Below are positions 60,376-64,000 of a DNA stretch of 64,000 nucleotides, one piece after another (positions within the stretch are counted from its first letter, which is position 1; every line of letters starts with the position of its first letter). The DNA comes from Vicugna vicugna. Lineage: Eukaryota. The stretch is taken from assembly GCA_013265495.1 (NCBI GenBank), contig MU058153.1:684001-748000 (forward strand). Reading direction: 5' to 3'. Made by a program: the position numbers and the translations under genes. The notes under the pieces are model-generated. The model searched no databases. It saw only the letters and a list, made by a program, of their open reading frames with translations, and was not told where the DNA came from.

Positions 60376-62104
60376 GTTTGACGTGGAATTCCATGAGTAC
60401 AAGCCTGTACCACACCATGCAAATTTGGGGGCTGTGTGCTCTCTAAATTGTCCATTTCCTTCCTCATGTGGATGCCCTGTCCTGTCCATTTCACTGGGAC
60501 TCTGATTATTAAGCAAGAAGCCATTGCTCTAATGCCTTCAATGCTGCATATTCCACCTAAAATCCAAAACACCTGCCGTGCTTTATCTGCCTTTTATATA
60601 ATCAGCTGTAATAAGGATTCTGCAGTAGGAATTTAGCTGACAATTTTGTTAGTGATGAACTAAGCTGAGGAGAAACTAGCTCAACTCTTTCTTAACAGGA
60701 AGGTCTCCTGTGGAGGTAATAGGTAGCAGAAACTTGTTAAATCAACAGACATATCTCAGAGACCTAAGCTGCAAAGAAATATTTTATTAGGAGGTGTGAG
60801 TAAGAAGCTTACTGATGGCAGTAAAAATGGACTAAGTTGTATTTGCTTTGTGTATGTGTGTCTGTGTTGGGAGGAGAAGGGGTTCTGGAAGGATTTCCAC
60901 CAAAATATGAACAGTGCTTGTGCCTTGGTGGTTGGACCAGGAGACATTTTTATTTGTTCCCTATCTGCATTGTTTCTCTGTTTCTCTTTAAATAATATTT
61001 TGCTTTACTAATAAGAGTAAAAGTAATAAAATTATTTTACTTTAAATCATACTTCTAGTGTAAAAAAGTTAATCGAAGGACATTCTGAAGAAACAACAGG
61101 AGAGATGTAGACTGCATTTGAGGGAAAAAAAAACTAATATTTGAAAAGTAATTGATGTTCAAAACATAGAGTAACATCATATTCTAAGAAATAAAGACTT
61201 TCAAGAACCTACTATAGCCTTGCAACTTAGAGCTTAAGTTGAAGCAGGCCTTCAGACTTGAAGACAAATGTTGAAATTATGCCAGCAATTTTTTCAGCTA
61301 AATAGAGTGGGATGAAATGGTCATGAATTTTTCCTGGATGTGTCAACGGAAAATGGCATTTTGCGAGGGGGAGCTTGAAGTACAAGCCTGATTTTGGTGC
61401 CCAAAGGAGGGGAAGGGCACTTTAGTCAGAGAGAAGGCCATAAGCAAAGGCTTGATGGCATCTGAGTGAATGACACACTAAAGGCATGTATTGTCTGTTG
61501 TGACATTTACAAAGCCTGACTTTTAAGACCCATAGTGACAAATGTATTTTTCAAGGATGATTTAATTGTAGCTTTTCTATGAAAGAAAGACAGCAAATTA
61601 ACAACTCCTCTGTTGAAAAAAGGATGCAGAAACACAGAAAATTATATGATTTTGATTTAGAAACAATAGTTCAGTTGACCTCATCTAGGCTAAGTTAAGA
61701 AGGATCTCTATGTGCAGGGTGCTTTCTGAGTTACTCTTAACTTCCCTTTCCTGATTGTTTCCTTCACTTCTTAGACCGCTTCATCGATCAAACACCCAAA
61801 GTTGTACAGCTTTAGCTTTAGCTCCAGGAAATCTCCATGCCAGAATAAGGCCAACCCAGCCAAACTGCACCTTTCCCCCTTCTCTACCCATCATATGCCC
61901 CCAGGAAGGCAGCTAGATTTCTTGAACTGGAATCAATTTTACCTTTCCCAGGGCTACACTGAAACAACACCAATTACTGGAAGATTTCTTCACCACCTCA
62001 GGTGTTTTGCTCATGTATTCCTTTGATACAGTCCCAGGACCTGAACTAGCCATGTCAGGGAGGGACACAGATCCAGCTCCTGCTGTGATGCTATGACTGC
62101 TTGG

Positions 62105-62295
62105 ATAATAAGAATAACAGTTGGCATAAGTATCATTATGTATCAGGCACTGGACTGAGTATTTTGTAGAGAACACCTAATTTAATCTTATAACCACCCT
62201 ACGAGGTAAATGTTGTTATCCCCATTTTATAGATGAGGAGAGTCTCAGCCAAGGTCACATACTGTATGTGACAGAACTAGAATTCAAGCAACAAC
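62105..62295 (-). mobile_element. MIR SINE, well preserved
   Basis: ttatgtatcaggcactggact...atttaatcttataaccaccctacgaggta...ttatccccattttatagatgaggag...ccaaggtcacatac. Confidence 0.9.
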
Positions 62296-62399
62296 TTGAT
62301 GAGTTGTACCTGTTGTAGGGCAGAGAGCTTGTCCAGAATTGAATTTTCTTGTTGTTTCTTGGGTGACTGGCTAATGGTGTATACTTTATAAGAGAATAA

Positions 62400-62640
62400 A
62401 AGACCATCAAGGTGATTTCTATCTTCAACTTTGCACACAGTTTTCCAGAGCGAGGTGTCACAAACATCACTGACTATCAAGGGCAAACTTCATACCTAAT
62501 CCTCCATGCCTCAAAGTTAAGTTGTGTATTTGATTCAGTTTGCATTTCTTTAATGAAAAATGATCTCGAGGGTCTTTCATGTGCTTATTGGCCATCTGTA
62601 TATCTTCTTGGCTGACATGTCTAATTAATGCTTTTTGAGT
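62400..62640 (-). mobile_element. Old L1M fragment, ORF2 C-terminal region
   Basis: ORF-track peptide RHVSQEDIQMANKHMK resembles L1 ORF2p RHFSKEDIQMANKHMK; DNA gtttgcatttctttaatg...tttcatgtgcttattggccatctgtatatcttct. Confidence 0.8.
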
Positions 62641-64000
62641 ATCCAAGTGGTGGTTGTGTCTGAAGTTGTAATAGTCCAAAGTGAGTGTGTTTGTAGGTTT
62701 AAGCACTGAAAGATTTACTGTAAACATCATGTCTCTGGCATCTTAAGGCTTTACGTCTCTAATTCTCTCCCAGACCAAGGAAGAGGAGCCATCAGACATG
62801 GAGTAGGGTGATATACTGGGCATGACAGTGTTCTCTCAATTTTACCAGCCAGTCACTGACCCTGATGAACAATGCAGCTAAGTGGCCTTTGTTTTTTATG
62901 TAGCTCCATGCATTTGTGATGATACTGAGGGTATTTTTCTTAGTGAGGAAACTGAATGCTCTGGAATTCATCATTGCCATTCTACAAATGAAGACATCAT
63001 CTAGGGACTTGCCAGAGAAGAGGGCATATCTTGGTAAAATTTTCTTTAAAAAGACATTGTAATTAGAAGATGAGAAACACTAGAAAGACAGTAACACACT
63101 AATTTCTACAACCACAAATTTACCTCCATTACAACAATTACTAGGTGATTGTTTTAAAAATTGAAATCACTCATGATCCGTAAAACAGAATAAAGTAAGG
63201 ATTTGGATGGGACCACACAATCTTCAGTTTGAGGAATCTGTTGTCAGCCATAAACTTAATGGAATTTTTAGAGTCAGTGGAATTGTCTTGTGGGATTTTT
63301 ATTACATGGATAAGAAAAATTTCCCCAGAGAGACCAATTTGCTATGTGGCCTTGGGCTAGCCATGTCCTAGATTGGCATATAATGCCTGGCTATTTTTTG
63401 TTGGTTTGTTTTGAGTTTCCCTGGAGAGAGCATACTTTCAAATCTTTCAAATCCATTAGTTGAGCCAAAAAAACACAACTTTACAAGATGGGCTCCTTCA
63501 CTCTTGAAGGAAAAAAAACATTTTTTTGAGGGGGGTGTATATTCCAGGATTTAGCAAATAGCTTCTTTCAGATCAGGTTCTCACTAAATATTTGTTAAGT
63601 GCATGACCTGAGGAAATACAGTGATACAGTTTCTTAAGCACATCCTTCCTTTCCTCTCCTAAGCAATGCCAAGAGTCAGAGGCTGGTAGAATTATTGGCT
63701 TCATTGCTTTTCTCTTTAGCAGCAGAGACCTTGTTAAAAAGGAATTCTATATCCAGTCAGGGAGATGTTCAGTGTGGTTTAGAACAGAATGTTACCTGCT
63801 GTGAGAAGGGAATGATTCCATGTCATCCACAAGCAGTCTGGTCAATTAAGCACCTGACTCCAAGGTGGACTGATGGAGATCCTAACCTTGAGAGCTGATG
63901 GGGAAATATTATGTTTGGTGGTTAAGTTAATGCAGAGGAAAGTTAAATGACCCAGGCTAAGATGAACAATGAGTATATTCTTCATTCATTCACTTAATGA

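Noticed and set aside
62467..62730. ORF containing EDIQMANKHMK
   Set aside because: This is a fossil L1 ORF2p fragment, recorded as a mobile element rather than a CDS.
1..64000. CRISPR arrays, operons, rRNA, NUMT or processed pseudogenes
   Set aside because: The sequence is mammalian nuclear DNA, and by eye I saw no spaced direct-repeat array, no mitochondrial-like segment and no recognisable retrocopied coding sequence.

Overview
This is AT-rich mammalian non-coding DNA, and I find no credible protein-coding exon. The ORF track consists of short chance ORFs plus a few read-throughs of decayed LINE sequence. A tRNA-derived SINE at 43239-43384 matches, from memory, the camelid-specific Vic-1 type. 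Two cetartiodactyl-type L1 3' ends also point to a camelid genome (camel, alpaca or llama). The first ~550 bp look like the 3' end of an unidentified + strand mRNA: UGUA elements, AATAAA at 514-519 and a GU/U-rich downstream element. The rest is intergenic or intronic and dense in ancient repeats: many MIR and L2 copies, old L1M fragments, an ORF1-only HAL1-like remnant, MaLR/ERVL/ERV1 solo LTRs and a MER20. It also carries microsatellites and two CTCF-like motifs. The most striking observation is a 343-bp element at 33588-33930 bounded by a target-site duplication (TSD). It consists of the first ~165 nt of an L1 5'UTR fused directly to the last ~178 nt of the L1 3'UTR, with both ORFs absent. 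The junction falls right after an AG that is visible in the intact L1 3'UTR copy at 41821-41824. This makes it a candidate spliced or bipartite non-autonomous mini-L1. Repeat family names come from recalled consensus sequences, not a database search, and boundaries without TSDs are approximate.
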